DNA of 64,000 nucleotides from Candidatus Rariloculaceae bacterium (GCA_965204155.1 OZ241971.1:3072205-3136204); one strand, 5' to 3'. Shown: positions 8,795 through 19,617, numbered from the stretch's first letter. Translations and numbers: made by a program. Notes: generated from the sequence alone by a model not told the origin.

Positions 8795-11353
8795 TTAACG
8801 GGAAACGCCCACGGTCAGGCGCAGGTACGCGAACCGGCCAAACAACCCGAAGGGCGTCTCCGTCGGGTAGCGTATGCCCCACAGGATATTCGACAGGTGG
8901 GTCTTGGGCAGTTCGGTCGGCAGTTTGTCGGCAACGTTATTAATGCCAAGGGCGCCGCGCACGGAGCCTAGCTGGAATCGGGCCTCGACGTCGACGACAG
9001 TGGCGGCCTCGATACGAGTCATGCCCGTATCCAGCGGGTGCTGCGTTGTGGCACCATAGTGGTTCAGGCGCACCAGCCCGCCGTATCGGTCATGCTCCCA
9101 GTCCGCGGTGAAATTGGCTTGCCGTTCGGGTTGGCCGTTCTCGAGAAGGTCTGCCGTCCATCCGCCGAAATAGTCGGAAAACTCCAGGTGGCCCGGCGCA
9201 CCGGCCGGTGCCTTGCCGTCGACGATGCCGGTTTCGTTGACATTGGCATTGGCTGACAGCAACAGGTGGCCGGCGCCAAGGGGCGTTCCCCAGCGGACCG
9301 TAAGGTCGACGCCCTGTGTTTCGGTGTCCACGCCGTTGAAGAAGAATGCCGCAGTACCCACCCGGATGGCATCGCAGGCCGCGATGCCCGCGCAGCCGAT
9401 GCCGGCGGACCGGACAACACGGTCCTCGACATTCGTTCTGTACATGTCGATGCTCAGATCGAAGTCGTCCAGCGTCAGTACCAACCCGGCGCTTACGTTG
9501 CGAGAGGTCTCGTGTGCCAGGGAGTCCACGCCGAATGCACGGGAGACCTCGTGACCCTCGTTCACGGCAAAAACCGTCGTCAGCCCGGTTTCGCTGCCGA
9601 CAAACAGGATCGAATTGAATCGCCGCTGTGAAAGGCTGGGCGCTCTGAAGCCCGTGGAAACTGCCCCTCGCAATGCGAACCCGCCACCCAGCCCCAGCCG
9701 TCCGGCCAGTTTGCCCGTGGTCTGCGAACCGGCATCGCTGTAGCTTTCGGAACGCAGAGCGGTCGCGACGGTGAATGATTCCGCAGGCTGAAACTCAAGT
9801 TCAACGTAGGCGCCGCTGTTGTTGCGGCTGTCGTCGCTCAGCCGGGCATTCTGCGGGCTGTAGCCCGGATATCCCTGGAATCCGCAGGCGGCGACGATAC
9901 CTGCCAGGGGCGTGCCGTCCGGTCCGACGGCAAATCCTCCGTAGTCTTCGGCGTGGGGCAGTCCACATGACCATGAGGCTTCGTCACCCGCGGTTTGCCC
10001 GTAATTCTCCACACGATGCTCGAAGCCCGCGGCCAGCGCGCTCAGTGCGCTGTCGGCAAAGGTCCGGCGCACATCGAGGTTGAGTGTCAGTTGATCGAAT
10101 TCGATCCCTCCGCTGAGGCCGCTCGTCGGGCCCGCGTTGGCGATGATGTCGGCGATGCCCGCTCCCGGATTGCGATCCAGGTAGTGTGCTCCGATGGACG
10201 CATTAATCGTGTCGGACACGCCGAACCGGTACTCGTTGCGCCCGTAGGCGCCGCTCAGGTCAATGTCCCAGGCCGAAACCGTCCCGCGCCAGCCGACCAC
10301 GCCGGAGATGTCGTCGATGCGCGACTCCTCGTAGGGGAGAAAGCCGTTCGGATAGACCGGGTGCGTGTTGCGCTCGTGGAAGTTGATGAAGTTCGGAACG
10401 ACGAAGTCCCAGGTGTCGTTGCCGGACTGAAGCCCCTCCCAATAGTTGTAACGGAACCGGTAGGCGCCGCTTGCGAGTCCCTCACGGCGGGAAAGGCCAC
10501 CGAACCCGTACACTTCGGAGTCGTCGCCCATGGGCAGTTCTGCATTGAGGAAGAGGAACGCACTGTCGTTCAGCGGCGAACTGTGCGTGATGAGCCGGTC
10601 CTGATAATCCGGGTCCAGACCGCCGTTGCCGCCGTTGCGATTCAGCGGCTCTTCCTTGTACCACTCCGCGGTGACGTTGATGAAACCATCATCTCCCAGC
10701 GGCACGCCGCCGTTGAAGGCGGCGCCAACCCGCGATCCGTTGCCGTCTCCCGTTCCGCCCTGAACGGTGAACTCACCGCCATCGGCGCGGTCCCGCAATT
10801 CGAGATTGATGACGCCCGCAATGGCATCCGAGCCGTATTGTGCGGCCGCCCCGTCGCGCAACACCTCTACGCGGGCCAGGGCGGCAGACGGTATGGCGCC
10901 GAGATCCGTGCCGCCGGTGCCGTAGCCGATGACCCCGTCGAGTACCCGCAGCCAGGCCATGTTGTGCCGCCGCTTGCCGTTGATGAGGACCAGCGTCTGG
11001 TCGGGGCTCAGGCCCCGCAGCGTGGCCGCCCGCAGCAGGGCGCCGTCACCCACGGACTGGCGGGAATAATTGAAGGATGGCGCCAGTTTCGTCAGCGCGG
11101 CACCGAGGTCGGCCTCCCCGGACCGCAGCACGTCGGCTCCCTGAAACGCGTCCACGCCCACCGGCAGTTCGTTGGCCAGCGTTTCCACGCGGGCGCGGCT
11201 GCCGAGAACGACGATTTCCTCGATGCCCCTGGGGTTTGCCTGGTCGACCGCCGCCTGGTCCTGTCCGAATACGGTGGTAGCGGCGACAGCGGCGATGCAG
11301 CCGAGCAACGATAGCAGTCCATACATCCACGGATGGCGATTGAATTGCAGCAT
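8795..11353 (-). CDS. TonB-dependent receptor
   Basis: ORF 8795..11419, trimmed to MLQFNRHPWMYGLLSLLGCIAAVAATTVFGQ (signal peptide). TonB-box-like IEEIVVLGSRA, plug motifs (LRGLSPDQTLVLINGKRR), and a C-terminal terminal aromatic barrel strand. Confidence 0.9.
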   Translation of the reverse strand: MLQFNRHPWMYGLLSLLGCIAAVAATTVFGQDQAAVDQANPRGIEEIVVLGSRARVETLANELPVGVDAFQGADVLRSGEADLGAALTKLAPSFNYSRQSVGDGALLRAATLRGLSPDQTLVLINGKRRHNMAWLRVLDGVIGYGTGGTDLGAIPSAALARVEVLRDGAAAQYGSDAIAGVINLELRDRADGGEFTVQGGTGDGNGSRVGAAFNGGVPLGDDGFINVTAEWYKEEPLNRNGGNGGLDPDYQDRLITHSSPLNDSAFLFLNAELPMGDDSEVYGFGGLSRREGLASGAYRFRYNYWEGLQSGNDTWDFVVPNFINFHERNTHPVYPNGFLPYEESRIDDISGVVGWRGTVSAWDIDLSGAYGRNEYRFGVSDTINASIGAHYLDRNPGAGIADIIANAGPTSGLSGGIEFDQLTLNLDVRRTFADSALSALAAGFEHRVENYGQTAGDEASWSCGLPHAEDYGGFAVGPDGTPLAGIVAACGFQGYPGYSPQNARLSDDSRNNSGAYVELEFQPAESFTVATALRSESYSDAGSQTTGKLAGRLGLGGGFALRGAVSTGFRAPSLSQRRFNSILFVGSETGLTTVFAVNEGHEVSRAFGVDSLAHETSRNVSAGLVLTLDDFDLSIDMYRTNVEDRVVRSAGIGCAGIAACDAIRVGTAAFFFNGVDTETQGVDLTVRWGTPLGAGHLLLSANANVNETGIVDGKAPAGAPGHLEFSDYFGGWTADLLENGQPERQANFTADWEHDRYGGLVRLNHYGATTQHPLDTGMTRIEAATVVDVEARFQLGSVRGALGINNVADKLPTELPKTHLSNILWGIRYPTETPFGLFGRFAYLRLTVGVSR

Positions 11354-11466
11354 CGATCTTCCCCCTGAATCCCTGCAATCAAGTATCGACTCCAATTCTA
11401 ATGCACGCGCGACGCACAATTGCAGGGTAACTGCCCCTGCAGCGTCTCTGCGATGAGAAGCGTGGG

Positions 11467-12630
11467 TCAGCCCTCCCTCAACAGCGTTGCGATCGGCGCC
11501 CTTGACGCCGACAGGGCGGGGAAGAATCCGCCGATCACGGCCGTCAGCGTGGCCACCAGCACGCCCGCGCCAAGTACGTCAGGCGTGGTTCGCAGCACGA
11601 AGCGTATCTCGCTGAATGTCACGAAATTGGTGGTGCCCGCCGATACGTTGTTGAGCGGCAGCGCGAGCAGTGCGCCCAGCGCACCCGCGGCCAGCCCGAG
11701 CACGGCGGCTTCCAGCACGAAAACGCCCAGGATCGTGCGCCGCCGGAAACCCAGCACGCGCAGGGTGGCGATTTCCTTGCTGCGTGCGGCGACCTGGGCG
11801 TACATCGTGTTCGCAGCCGCGAAACAGGCCCCGAAACCCATCATCACGGCGATCAGGTTCCCCAACATCAGGAACACTCCGCTGGAAGCATTGCTCTGCG
11901 CATCGAAATAGCCCGGCTCGTCCCGCGCGGCCACGTCGATCTGCTGGGAGCTTTCGATCTCCGCGATCAGGGCCCCGACCTGTGCCGGAGATTCCGCCAT
12001 CAGCCGCGTGGAGGAGTAATAGTTCTGGCGCCGGAACGAATCGCCGAATTCCTGCACGCTGCCCCAGATTTCCGATCCGTAACTGGAGCCGCCGGAATCG
12101 AAGATGCCGACCACGGTGAAGGTAAACCGCCCGAGTTCGATCATGCTGCCGAGTTCCAGCCCGCCCGCCTCTCCTTCGAGCTGGTCGCCGACGATGATTT
12201 CGGTTTGCCCGGGCACGAATCGCCGGCCCTCCGTGATCCGGATATAGGGACGAAGGGCAAACGCGTCGTCTTCCACGCCGCGCAGTACCGCATTCGTTTC
12301 GGTGCCGTCCGGGCGCTCCAGAATCTGCAGCGTCATGGTTTCCCCGGAAGCCAGCGGTTCACCGTCGGCGCCGCGCGCGACGCCGGGCATAGCGGCGAGA
12401 ATACGGTGGGTTTCCGTGGCGAAGTAGCTCTCCATTTCCGAGTTTGCGCCGTCGCGCAGCACGATGACCGTGGAGTTGTCGCCACTGGCGGTGAACGCCA
12501 CCCGCAGTCCGGCGCCCAGGGCCAGCACGCCCACGTAGACCAGCACCACGAAGGCGATGGAAACGATGGTCATCAGCGTATTCGCCTTGCGCACGAACAG
12601 GCTTCTGACGTTGTACTTGACCGGGATCAT
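11467..12630 (-). CDS. ABC transporter permease, FtsX/MacB/LolC-like
   Basis: 387 aa. TM1, then a large periplasmic domain, then 3 C-terminal TMs (FtsX fold). ATGA overlap with the upstream permease. Confidence 0.85.
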   Translation of the reverse strand: MIPVKYNVRSLFVRKANTLMTIVSIAFVVLVYVGVLALGAGLRVAFTASGDNSTVIVLRDGANSEMESYFATETHRILAAMPGVARGADGEPLASGETMTLQILERPDGTETNAVLRGVEDDAFALRPYIRITEGRRFVPGQTEIIVGDQLEGEAGGLELGSMIELGRFTFTVVGIFDSGGSSYGSEIWGSVQEFGDSFRRQNYYSSTRLMAESPAQVGALIAEIESSQQIDVAARDEPGYFDAQSNASSGVFLMLGNLIAVMMGFGACFAAANTMYAQVAARSKEIATLRVLGFRRRTILGVFVLEAAVLGLAAGALGALLALPLNNVSAGTTNFVTFSEIRFVLRTTPDVLGAGVLVATLTAVIGGFFPALSASRAPIATLLREG

Positions 12631-13778
12631 CAGGCCACGCGCCTGAGGCCGTCAACGATCTTCATGTTCATCGCCTGCAGCGCGGGGACCAGCCCGGCTG
12701 CCAGACCCAGAGTCACTCCGATGCCCATCACCAGAGTCGGCGTTCTCTCGCCCAGCCGAAGCTCCGAAAAGGTCATGCCCTGGGAAGCCAGAAAGGAGGA
12801 TAGCGCGCCGGTCACCAGCACCATGAAGGCAAGCCCGATGGCCGCGCCCAGGACGCCGACGCTCAGGGACTCCAGCAGCACGATGGCAAGCACCCTTGAG
12901 CGAGTGAAGCCCAGCGTTCGCAGCACGGCAACCTCGGTCGTTCGTTCCCGGGCGGCCATGGCCATGGTGTTGACCGTGATGAAGAAGATGGAGGCGATCA
13001 CCGCAAGGCCGATAGCGGAAAACAGGAACTGTATGTTCCCCATCATCTCGAGAAAGGACAGGAAGAACGCGGCCTCGGTCTCCGCGCGTACCTGATCGGG
13101 CGAATTTTCGAACATGGCCTCCGCCTGGGCGATGGTTTCGTTCATGTTGTCCGGAGAGTCGAGCAGTATGTAGAAGGAGTTGATGGCCCCCGGGTTGCCC
13201 AGTGCTTCCTCCACATACTGCCAGTCGAAATAGAGCACGCGCTCCGCGGCTTCGTCGGTGGGATGGGTAAAGATTCCCCGCAGCGTCAGCTCGATATCCA
13301 CCGGGTAGATGTCCCCTTCGATGGTGATGACGTCGCCGGGCTCCCAACCCTTTTCTTCCGCCAGCGCCCCGCCGGCGATGAACGCCGTGCGTTCGGCGCG
13401 CCATGCATCGATTGCCCCCGGGCTGAACTCAAGCTCGGGATAGACATCGGGAAACGTGTCGGGATCGGTGCCGAAGCGCGGAAAGAAGTTCTCGGGCCGG
13501 TCATCGATGTAGCGGCCCTGGAACCAGTTCATGATGGTGATGCCTTCGACGTGCTCCAGCGCCGCCAGCCGTTGCTCGTAGGCCGCCGGCATGGAGAAGG
13601 TCAACGATATGGCGTGGCGCACGACGAGGCGGTTTGCGTTTGCCGAGTCGACGCCCGACATGGCGGCCAGCAGCAGATCGAGGAAGGCAAGCAGTATCAG
13701 CGCGATCGCGATGCTCAGTACCGTGAGGATCGTACGGCGCTTGTTGCGCAGCAGGTTTCTGCGGATCAGCTTGAACAT
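12630..13778 (-). CDS. ABC transporter permease, FtsX/MacB/LolE-like (paralog of the preceding gene)
   Basis: 382 aa. MFKLIRRNLLRNKRRTILTVLSIAIALILL, with the same topology as the neighbouring permease. Confidence 0.85.
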   Translation of the reverse strand: MFKLIRRNLLRNKRRTILTVLSIAIALILLAFLDLLLAAMSGVDSANANRLVVRHAISLTFSMPAAYEQRLAALEHVEGITIMNWFQGRYIDDRPENFFPRFGTDPDTFPDVYPELEFSPGAIDAWRAERTAFIAGGALAEEKGWEPGDVITIEGDIYPVDIELTLRGIFTHPTDEAAERVLYFDWQYVEEALGNPGAINSFYILLDSPDNMNETIAQAEAMFENSPDQVRAETEAAFFLSFLEMMGNIQFLFSAIGLAVIASIFFITVNTMAMAARERTTEVAVLRTLGFTRSRVLAIVLLESLSVGVLGAAIGLAFMVLVTGALSSFLASQGMTFSELRLGERTPTLVMGIGVTLGLAAGLVPALQAMNMKIVDGLRRVA

Positions 13779-13781
13779 CGC

Positions 13782-14471
13782 CTAGTGTCTCGTAGCCGAA
13801 TGCAGGCGCCCCTTGTCCAGGTGCAATTCGCGCCGGGCGCGTTCGGCGGCCCTGGGATCGTGGGTGACCATGACAATGGTTTTGCCGAACTCCTCGTTGA
13901 GCTGGGCCAGCAGGTCGAGGATCTCCTGGGCGCTGCCGGCGTCCAGGTCCCCGGTGGGCTCGTCGGCGAGCACCAGGCGGGGGTCGGTGACGATGGCGCG
14001 GGCGATCGCCACGCGCTGCTCCTGGCCGCCCGAGAGTTGGCGCGGATAGTGGTCCTTGCGGTCCGCCAGTCCGACGACTTCCAGCGCCAGATCCACTTTC
14101 CTGCGGCGCTGCGCGCGGGATAGTTTCGTCAGCGTCAGCGGCAGCTCCAGGTTTTCGTAGGCGGTGAGCACCGGTATCAGGTGGTAGAACTGGAACACGA
14201 AGCCCACGTTGCGGTGGCGCCATCCTGCCAGTTGGCTGTCGTTCAGCCCCCCCAGGCTCTGCCCCGCCACGCGGATGTTTCCGGACGTGGGGCGATCGAT
14301 ACCGGCAAGCAGATTCAGCAGCGTGCTCTTGCCGGACCCCGATGGCCCCATCAAGGCAACGAACTCGCCCTCGGAAACATCCATGGAGACGCCCGCCAGC
14401 ACCTTGATGTCGAACGCATCCCTCCGGTAGTTCTTGGTGACTTCCGAGATCTCTACCAGTCTTTCAGCCAT
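13782..14471 (-). CDS. ABC transporter ATP-binding protein (LolD/MacB-NBD-like)
   Basis: Walker [10 protein letters not shown], signature LSGGQEQR, Walker [13 protein letters not shown]. Confidence 0.92.
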   Translation of the reverse strand: MAERLVEISEVTKNYRRDAFDIKVLAGVSMDVSEGEFVALMGPSGSGKSTLLNLLAGIDRPTSGNIRVAGQSLGGLNDSQLAGWRHRNVGFVFQFYHLIPVLTAYENLELPLTLTKLSRAQRRRKVDLALEVVGLADRKDHYPRQLSGGQEQRVAIARAIVTDPRLVLADEPTGDLDAGSAQEILDLLAQLNEEFGKTIVMVTHDPRAAERARRELHLDKGRLHSATRH

Positions 14472-14488
14472 GCAACGTGCTCCGTGTA

Positions 14489-15685
14489 CTAGTTTTCGGC
14501 GATCCGGACGCGCTGGCCGTCCTCGAGTGACGCTACTTCGCGGCTGACGACCGTCTCGCCGCCGCTCACGCCTTCCAGTATTTCCACGCGGCCGTCCGAT
14601 GCCTCGCCCAGTTGGACACGGGTCCGGCGCAGCACGTCGTCATCGACCTGGAACAGGAACGCCGCGCCGCCCGCATACTGTATCGCCTGTTCGGGGACCA
14701 GCAGCTTCGGCGGTTGGACGAGTTCCGTTTCATCGACGCCTTCTTCGAGAAAGGTCACGGTGCAACTCATGTCCGGGACCAGCCGCACGTCGATGTTGTC
14801 GATGCGGACCTTGACCTGGACCACGGCGCGCTGCCGGTCGGCGGTGGGCACGATCTGGCGCAGGCTGCCGCTGTACTCGAAATCGGGCACCGCGTCCACG
14901 CGGATGCTGGCCCTTTGTCCCAACTGCAGCCGGGCGATATAGCTCTCGTTGATGTCCGCTTCCACTTCCAGCGACGTCGGGTCGGCGATGCGCACGATGG
15001 AGCCGGTGGACTGCTGGGAGGTGAAGCCGCCCGGGGCCACCATCTCGCCGACCTCGATGTTCCTCTCGATGACCACGCCGTCGATGGGTGCGCGCACCAC
15101 CGTATAGTCCAGTTGCGCCTGCGCCGCGTTCAGCCGGGCCTCGGCGGTGCCGACCTGTGCGACGGCCACGTCCCGCTGGGTGATCGCGGTGTCGTAGAGT
15201 GCCTGCGACGTGAGTTGGTCCTCGACGAGGTCGGCCTGCCTGACGAGTTCGCGTTCGGCGTCGGCCAGCCGGGCACGTGCCTCGTTGAGCGATGCCTCGG
15301 CGAGGCGAACCGATGCCTGCAGGTCCTCGCTGTCGAGCACGGCGATGATGTCGCCGGCTTCGATGGTGTCTCCTTCGTCCACCGGCAGTTCGACCACCCG
15401 GCCGATGATCTTCGCGCCGACGGCGGCCCGCGACCGGGCATAGGTGTAGCCTGTCGCCGTCAGTACCGTGGACGCCTGTGTTGGCGTGAGCACCTGTACC
15501 CGGGCGGTTTCCACCCGGGGCAACAGCCAGGGGACCGGCAGGCGGTAGGCGAAGTAGACGCCGCCCAGGATGATGGCGCCGCCCAGCAGCCAGAACCACC
15601 ATCGGGAGCGGCGCGGCGAGTAGTCTTCCTCGCTCATGCGCAGCGCCGACAGGTCCGGCCGCCGGTCTGTGCTGTCTTCAGTCAT
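14489..15685 (-). CDS. Efflux periplasmic adaptor (HlyD/MacA-type membrane fusion protein)
   Basis: 398 aa. N-terminal TM anchor, then a coiled-coil hairpin ([17 protein letters not shown]...[14 protein letters not shown]), lipoyl and beta-barrel segments. ATGA overlap with the TerC stop. Confidence 0.88.
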   Translation of the reverse strand: MTEDSTDRRPDLSALRMSEEDYSPRRSRWWFWLLGGAIILGGVYFAYRLPVPWLLPRVETARVQVLTPTQASTVLTATGYTYARSRAAVGAKIIGRVVELPVDEGDTIEAGDIIAVLDSEDLQASVRLAEASLNEARARLADAERELVRQADLVEDQLTSQALYDTAITQRDVAVAQVGTAEARLNAAQAQLDYTVVRAPIDGVVIERNIEVGEMVAPGGFTSQQSTGSIVRIADPTSLEVEADINESYIARLQLGQRASIRVDAVPDFEYSGSLRQIVPTADRQRAVVQVKVRIDNIDVRLVPDMSCTVTFLEEGVDETELVQPPKLLVPEQAIQYAGGAAFLFQVDDDVLRRTRVQLGEASDGRVEILEGVSGGETVVSREVASLEDGQRVRIAEN

Positions 15686-16329
15686 GCCTGACTCATGGCT
15701 CCAATAATCTGGAGCGACCCTTCATAGATCATGCTCACCGAAACATAGAGGATGACCGCAAGCCCCAGGTAACCGATCCAGTGGTTACGCGCGAGAATCC
15801 GGGCGATAAACGCGGCGGCCAATCCCATGAAGGCGATGGACAGCGCCAGGCCGAAAATCAGCACCCAGAGGTGATCCCGCGCGACGCCCGCCACCGCGAG
15901 CACATTATCCAACGACATGGAGACGTCGGCAATGATGATCTGAGTGACTGCGGCGCGCAGCGATTTCACGGGTGCCCGGGCATTGTCCACCGGCTCGCCA
16001 CCGGCCATCGCCCCGATGTTGCGGGCGGCGTGTTGCTGCTGCGACTGGACCCGAAGCTCACGCCAGAGCTTCCAGCTTACCCAAAGCAGCAGGATGCCGC
16101 CGGCCAGCAGCAGACCGATGATCTGCAGCAACTGAACGGTCAGGAGCGCAAAAATGACCCGCAGGACAGTGGCCGCCGCGATACCGAGGACGAGCACGCG
16201 GCCGCGCAGGTGAGCCGGAAGCCCGACGACGGCCATGCCGATGACGATGGCATTGTCCCCGGCCAGCACCAGGTCCACCAGAATCACCTGCACGAGCGCG
16301 GAAAGTTCGGAAAGGGAGATCAGGTCCAT
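15682..16329 (-). CDS. TerC-family integral membrane protein (YjbE-like)
   Basis: 215 aa. Contains the duplicated LAGDNAIVIG / SLDNVLAVAG motifs characteristic of TerC. Confidence 0.88.
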   Translation of the reverse strand: MDLISLSELSALVQVILVDLVLAGDNAIVIGMAVVGLPAHLRGRVLVLGIAAATVLRVIFALLTVQLLQIIGLLLAGGILLLWVSWKLWRELRVQSQQQHAARNIGAMAGGEPVDNARAPVKSLRAAVTQIIIADVSMSLDNVLAVAGVARDHLWVLIFGLALSIAFMGLAAAFIARILARNHWIGYLGLAVILYVSVSMIYEGSLQIIGAMSQA

Positions 16330-16587
16330 TCAGTTCTCGCGATGGGGAAGGCCGCAACAGCGGCGATAGTTTGCCGTTATTTGCGTCAGGATTCATCCTG
16401 GCATGTTCACGCGGGCGGCTCGCATGCCAATCCGGACGTGCTGCAGCCATGCCGACCGGCGGGACCGCCATCCTGACCAGCAGGACTGCCATGGCGACCG
16501 GCGGAACCCGAATGCCGCGGAAGCTGGATGCTGGCCCGTGGTGGTGGAATTTTCTATGCTTCTGTTCCGCTTCAGGAGGACCGTGAC

Positions 16588-19140
16588 ATGACAAACCCGT
16601 TTCGATATCGATTCGTGCTGTGGCTGGTACCGCTGACGTTGGTAATGCCTGCGCTCGCCCAGGAGCCTGAACTGACCGGCGAGGACGACGGGGAGGATCG
16701 CGAGACGATCGCCGATCTCACCGAAAACAGCGACCGCTTCGATGGACTCTTTACGCTCTACCGGGACCGTGATACCGGCGAGACGCACATGGTGGTCATG
16801 CCGGAGCAACTGGACAGGGAGTACATTTACGTCTCGGTGAGCACCGACGGCGTGGTCGAGGGTGGCACCTTCAGGGGCAACTATCGCGAGAACCGCGTGC
16901 TGTCCGTCGCGCGCCATTTCGATCGTATCGAGATTCGTGCCGAGAATACTGCGTTCTATTTCGACCCCGACAACCCGTTGAGCCGTGCCGCGGACGCCAA
17001 TATCAGCCCCGGGCTGCTGGCCTCGCAGCCGATTCTGGCGGAGGACGAAGACACCGGCGCCATGCTCATCGCCGCGGACGAACTGTTCGCCAGCGAAACG
17101 CTGTCGCAGGTCAAGCCCTCGCCGAATTCGGACCGCGACGACCGGGACCGATTCGAACTCGGCAGCCTGAGCGACGAGAAGAGCAAGATCACGGCGATAC
17201 GCAACTACCCGTTGAATACCGACGTGCAGGTCGAGTACGTCTACGAAGACCCGGCGCCCACGGTTTCCGGGGACGAGGAGGTCACCGACAGCCGTTTCGT
17301 AAGCATCCATTTGCAGCACTCGCTGATCGCGATGCCGGAAACCGACTACCGGCCACGGTTCACCGACCACCGCATGGGTTTCTTTGCGGAGCAGGTCACG
17401 GACCTGACCGACGATTCCGTCACTCCCTACCGGGACCTGGTGCAGCGCTGGCACCTGGTCAAGCAGGATCCTTCCGCGGCCATCTCCGAACCCGTGGAGC
17501 CCATCGTCTGGTGGATCGAGAACACCACGCCCATCGAATTCAGGGAGTCAATCCGCGAAGGCGTGCTCGCCTGGAACCGCTCGTTCGAGAAGATCGGCTT
17601 TCGCAATGCCCTTGAGGTGCGCGTGCAGCCCGACGATGCGGACTGGGATGCCGGCGACATCCGCTACAACGTGCTTCGCTGGACCTCCTCGCCCAACCCG
17701 CCGTTTTCCGGTTACGGGCCGTCGTTCACCAATCCGCGCACCGGCCAGATCATCGGCGCCGACATCATGCTCGAATACTCGGGCGTCACGAGGCGAGTCC
17801 ATTATCAGCGCATCCTCGACAATCTGGATTTCTCCCAGGTTCCCGAGCGCTTCGAACCCGGATACTGCTCCATCGGCCACGAGCTGCACCTGAGCCAGGC
17901 GTTCGGCCGGCTGGCCGTGAATGCCCTGCAGATGGGTGCGGCGGCGGAAGAACAGTTGATTCACGAGTTCCTGGTGGACCTGACGTTGCACGAGGTGGGC
18001 CATACCCTTGGTTTTGCTCACAACTTCGCCGCATCCAACATGCTGACGCCGGACGAGATCCACGATCCGGAGGTGGTCGCGGAGCGTAGCCTGCAGGCGT
18101 CGGTAATGGACTACACCGATATCCACATCGCAACCGGCGGACGGGAGCAGACGGCCTACTTCAGCACCATGCCGGGGGTCTATGACGACTGGATCGTCGA
18201 ATACAGTTACTCGCCGGCGCTGGACGATCCCGGGACGGAACGCGAACGCCTGCGGGAAATCGCCTCCCGTTCGACCGAACCCCAACTGCTGTTCGGCACC
18301 GACGATCACGTCATGCGCGCCCCCGGCTGGGCCATGGACCCCCGCGTGCACTGGTACGACCTCACCAGCGATCCGGTCGGCTACGCCGAAGAGCGCCTGA
18401 ATCTGGTCGGGGACCTGCTGGTCACGGCCCGGGAGAAGAACGCCGCGGAAGGCGAGTCCTGGCATCGGCTGCGCGACGCCTACGGTATCTTGCTGTCGCA
18501 GTTCTCCCGCTCCATCAGCGTACTGGGCCATCAGGTCGGCGGCGTCTACGTGAATCGGTCGGTATCGGGTCAGTCCGGCGCCGACGTACCTTTTGTACCG
18601 GTGAGCTTCGAAACCCAGCAGCGTGCAATGGAAGGAATCGCGCTGCACCTGTTCGCGCCCGACGCGCTGGAAGGCTCCGAAGAACTCTACAGTTACCTGC
18701 AGGCCCAGCGCCGACTATGGAACTTCTGGGGAGAAACGGAGGACCCGAAAGTCCATGAGTGGCTGCTCTCGGTACAGCGCGGCGTGCTGGCTCACCTGAT
18801 GCATCCCACCGTCATGACGCGAATCACCGATTCCCGCCTCTACGGCAACGAGTACGCATTGGCGGACATGATGGACGACCTGACCGCCGCGATCTTCAAT
18901 GCCGACCGGCGCGGTGACGTGAACACGTTCCGGCAGAACCTTCAGGTGGAATACGTGTCTCGCCTGACGGACGTCGTCACGGAAAATGACCACGACTATC
19001 CGTCGCAGTCGATGGCGCTCTACCAGTTACGGGAGATCGAGCGGCTGCTGAGCGGCAAGCGCAGCGGCAACGTGGAGACGCGGGCGCATACGCAGAACAT
19101 CCTCTACATCATCCGCCGGGCGCTGGAGGAGGACGCCTGA
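16588..19140 (+). CDS. Secreted zinc metalloprotease (HExxH ... reprolysin/M-unassigned type, large N-terminal beta domains)
   Basis: ORF 16528..19140, trimmed to the ATG at 16588, which is preceded by AGGAGG. Signal peptide MTNPFRYRFVLWLVPLTLVMPALAQ. Catalytic motif LTLHEVGHTLGFAHNF. Confidence 0.88.
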   Translation: MTNPFRYRFVLWLVPLTLVMPALAQEPELTGEDDGEDRETIADLTENSDRFDGLFTLYRDRDTGETHMVVMPEQLDREYIYVSVSTDGVVEGGTFRGNYRENRVLSVARHFDRIEIRAENTAFYFDPDNPLSRAADANISPGLLASQPILAEDEDTGAMLIAADELFASETLSQVKPSPNSDRDDRDRFELGSLSDEKSKITAIRNYPLNTDVQVEYVYEDPAPTVSGDEEVTDSRFVSIHLQHSLIAMPETDYRPRFTDHRMGFFAEQVTDLTDDSVTPYRDLVQRWHLVKQDPSAAISEPVEPIVWWIENTTPIEFRESIREGVLAWNRSFEKIGFRNALEVRVQPDDADWDAGDIRYNVLRWTSSPNPPFSGYGPSFTNPRTGQIIGADIMLEYSGVTRRVHYQRILDNLDFSQVPERFEPGYCSIGHELHLSQAFGRLAVNALQMGAAAEEQLIHEFLVDLTLHEVGHTLGFAHNFAASNMLTPDEIHDPEVVAERSLQASVMDYTDIHIATGGREQTAYFSTMPGVYDDWIVEYSYSPALDDPGTERERLREIASRSTEPQLLFGTDDHVMRAPGWAMDPRVHWYDLTSDPVGYAEERLNLVGDLLVTAREKNAAEGESWHRLRDAYGILLSQFSRSISVLGHQVGGVYVNRSVSGQSGADVPFVPVSFETQQRAMEGIALHLFAPDALEGSEELYSYLQAQRRLWNFWGETEDPKVHEWLLSVQRGVLAHLMHPTVMTRITDSRLYGNEYALADMMDDLTAAIFNADRRGDVNTFRQNLQVEYVSRLTDVVTENDHDYPSQSMALYQLREIERLLSGKRSGNVETRAHTQNILYIIRRALEEDA

Positions 19141-19146
19141 CGCCGA

Positions 19147-19617
19147 TTACGGAAAACCGATCAGGCGGCCGCCCAGGGCGACGCTGAACCAGAGCGAAAG
19201 GGACGCAACCGCCACCAGTTTCGGTACCGAGCCGGCGATTGTCGGGTTCCGGACCACCCGCCGCCGGATCGTGAACGTGAACAGGAGCACCGCGCCCAGC
19301 GACGCCAGCTTCAGCCAGAACGCGGTGAGGTAGTAGTACTTGGTCGCGAAGCACATGAAGAGCCAGGGGCCGGTCAGCAGCATCGATGCGATGCCGATGA
19401 GCAACAACGGTTCGGTATCGCGAGCCAGTCGCGCGGCGGATTGACCGGTCAGGCCGAGGCCCAGAAGGCGGAGGTCGACCACCAGTACCGCGCCGCCGAT
19501 GATCGCCAGGCCGAGCAGGTGCACGGTCGCGATGACAGGAAAGAGCCAGGGCGAACTGCGCATTGCGACGAGCAGCGGCAGGTACTCGAGCCAGTGAAAG
19601 AACTCCAGCAGGGACAT
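19147..19617 (-). CDS. Small polytopic membrane protein of unknown function (paralog B)
   Basis: ORF 19147..19677, trimmed to MSLLEFFHWLEYLPLLVAMRSSPWLFPVIATVHLLGLAIIGGAVLVVDLRLLG. Four predicted TMs. ATGA overlap with the upstream paralog. Shares (E/F)xxWL...H(L/V)L(G/T)LA...DLRLLG with 19617..20120. Confidence 0.75.
   Translation of the reverse strand: MSLLEFFHWLEYLPLLVAMRSSPWLFPVIATVHLLGLAIIGGAVLVVDLRLLGLGLTGQSAARLARDTEPLLLIGIASMLLTGPWLFMCFATKYYYLTAFWLKLASLGAVLLFTFTIRRRVVRNPTIAGSVPKLVAVASLSLWFSVALGGRLIGFP

Noticed and set aside
16330-16587. yybP-ykoY (Mn2+) riboswitch upstream of the TerC-family gene
   Set aside because: I scanned the minus-strand leader by eye. The conserved GGGGAGUAG and UUGACAUA/AGACC cores are absent. 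Only a weak 5-bp hairpin (caggaTGAAtcctg) is present.
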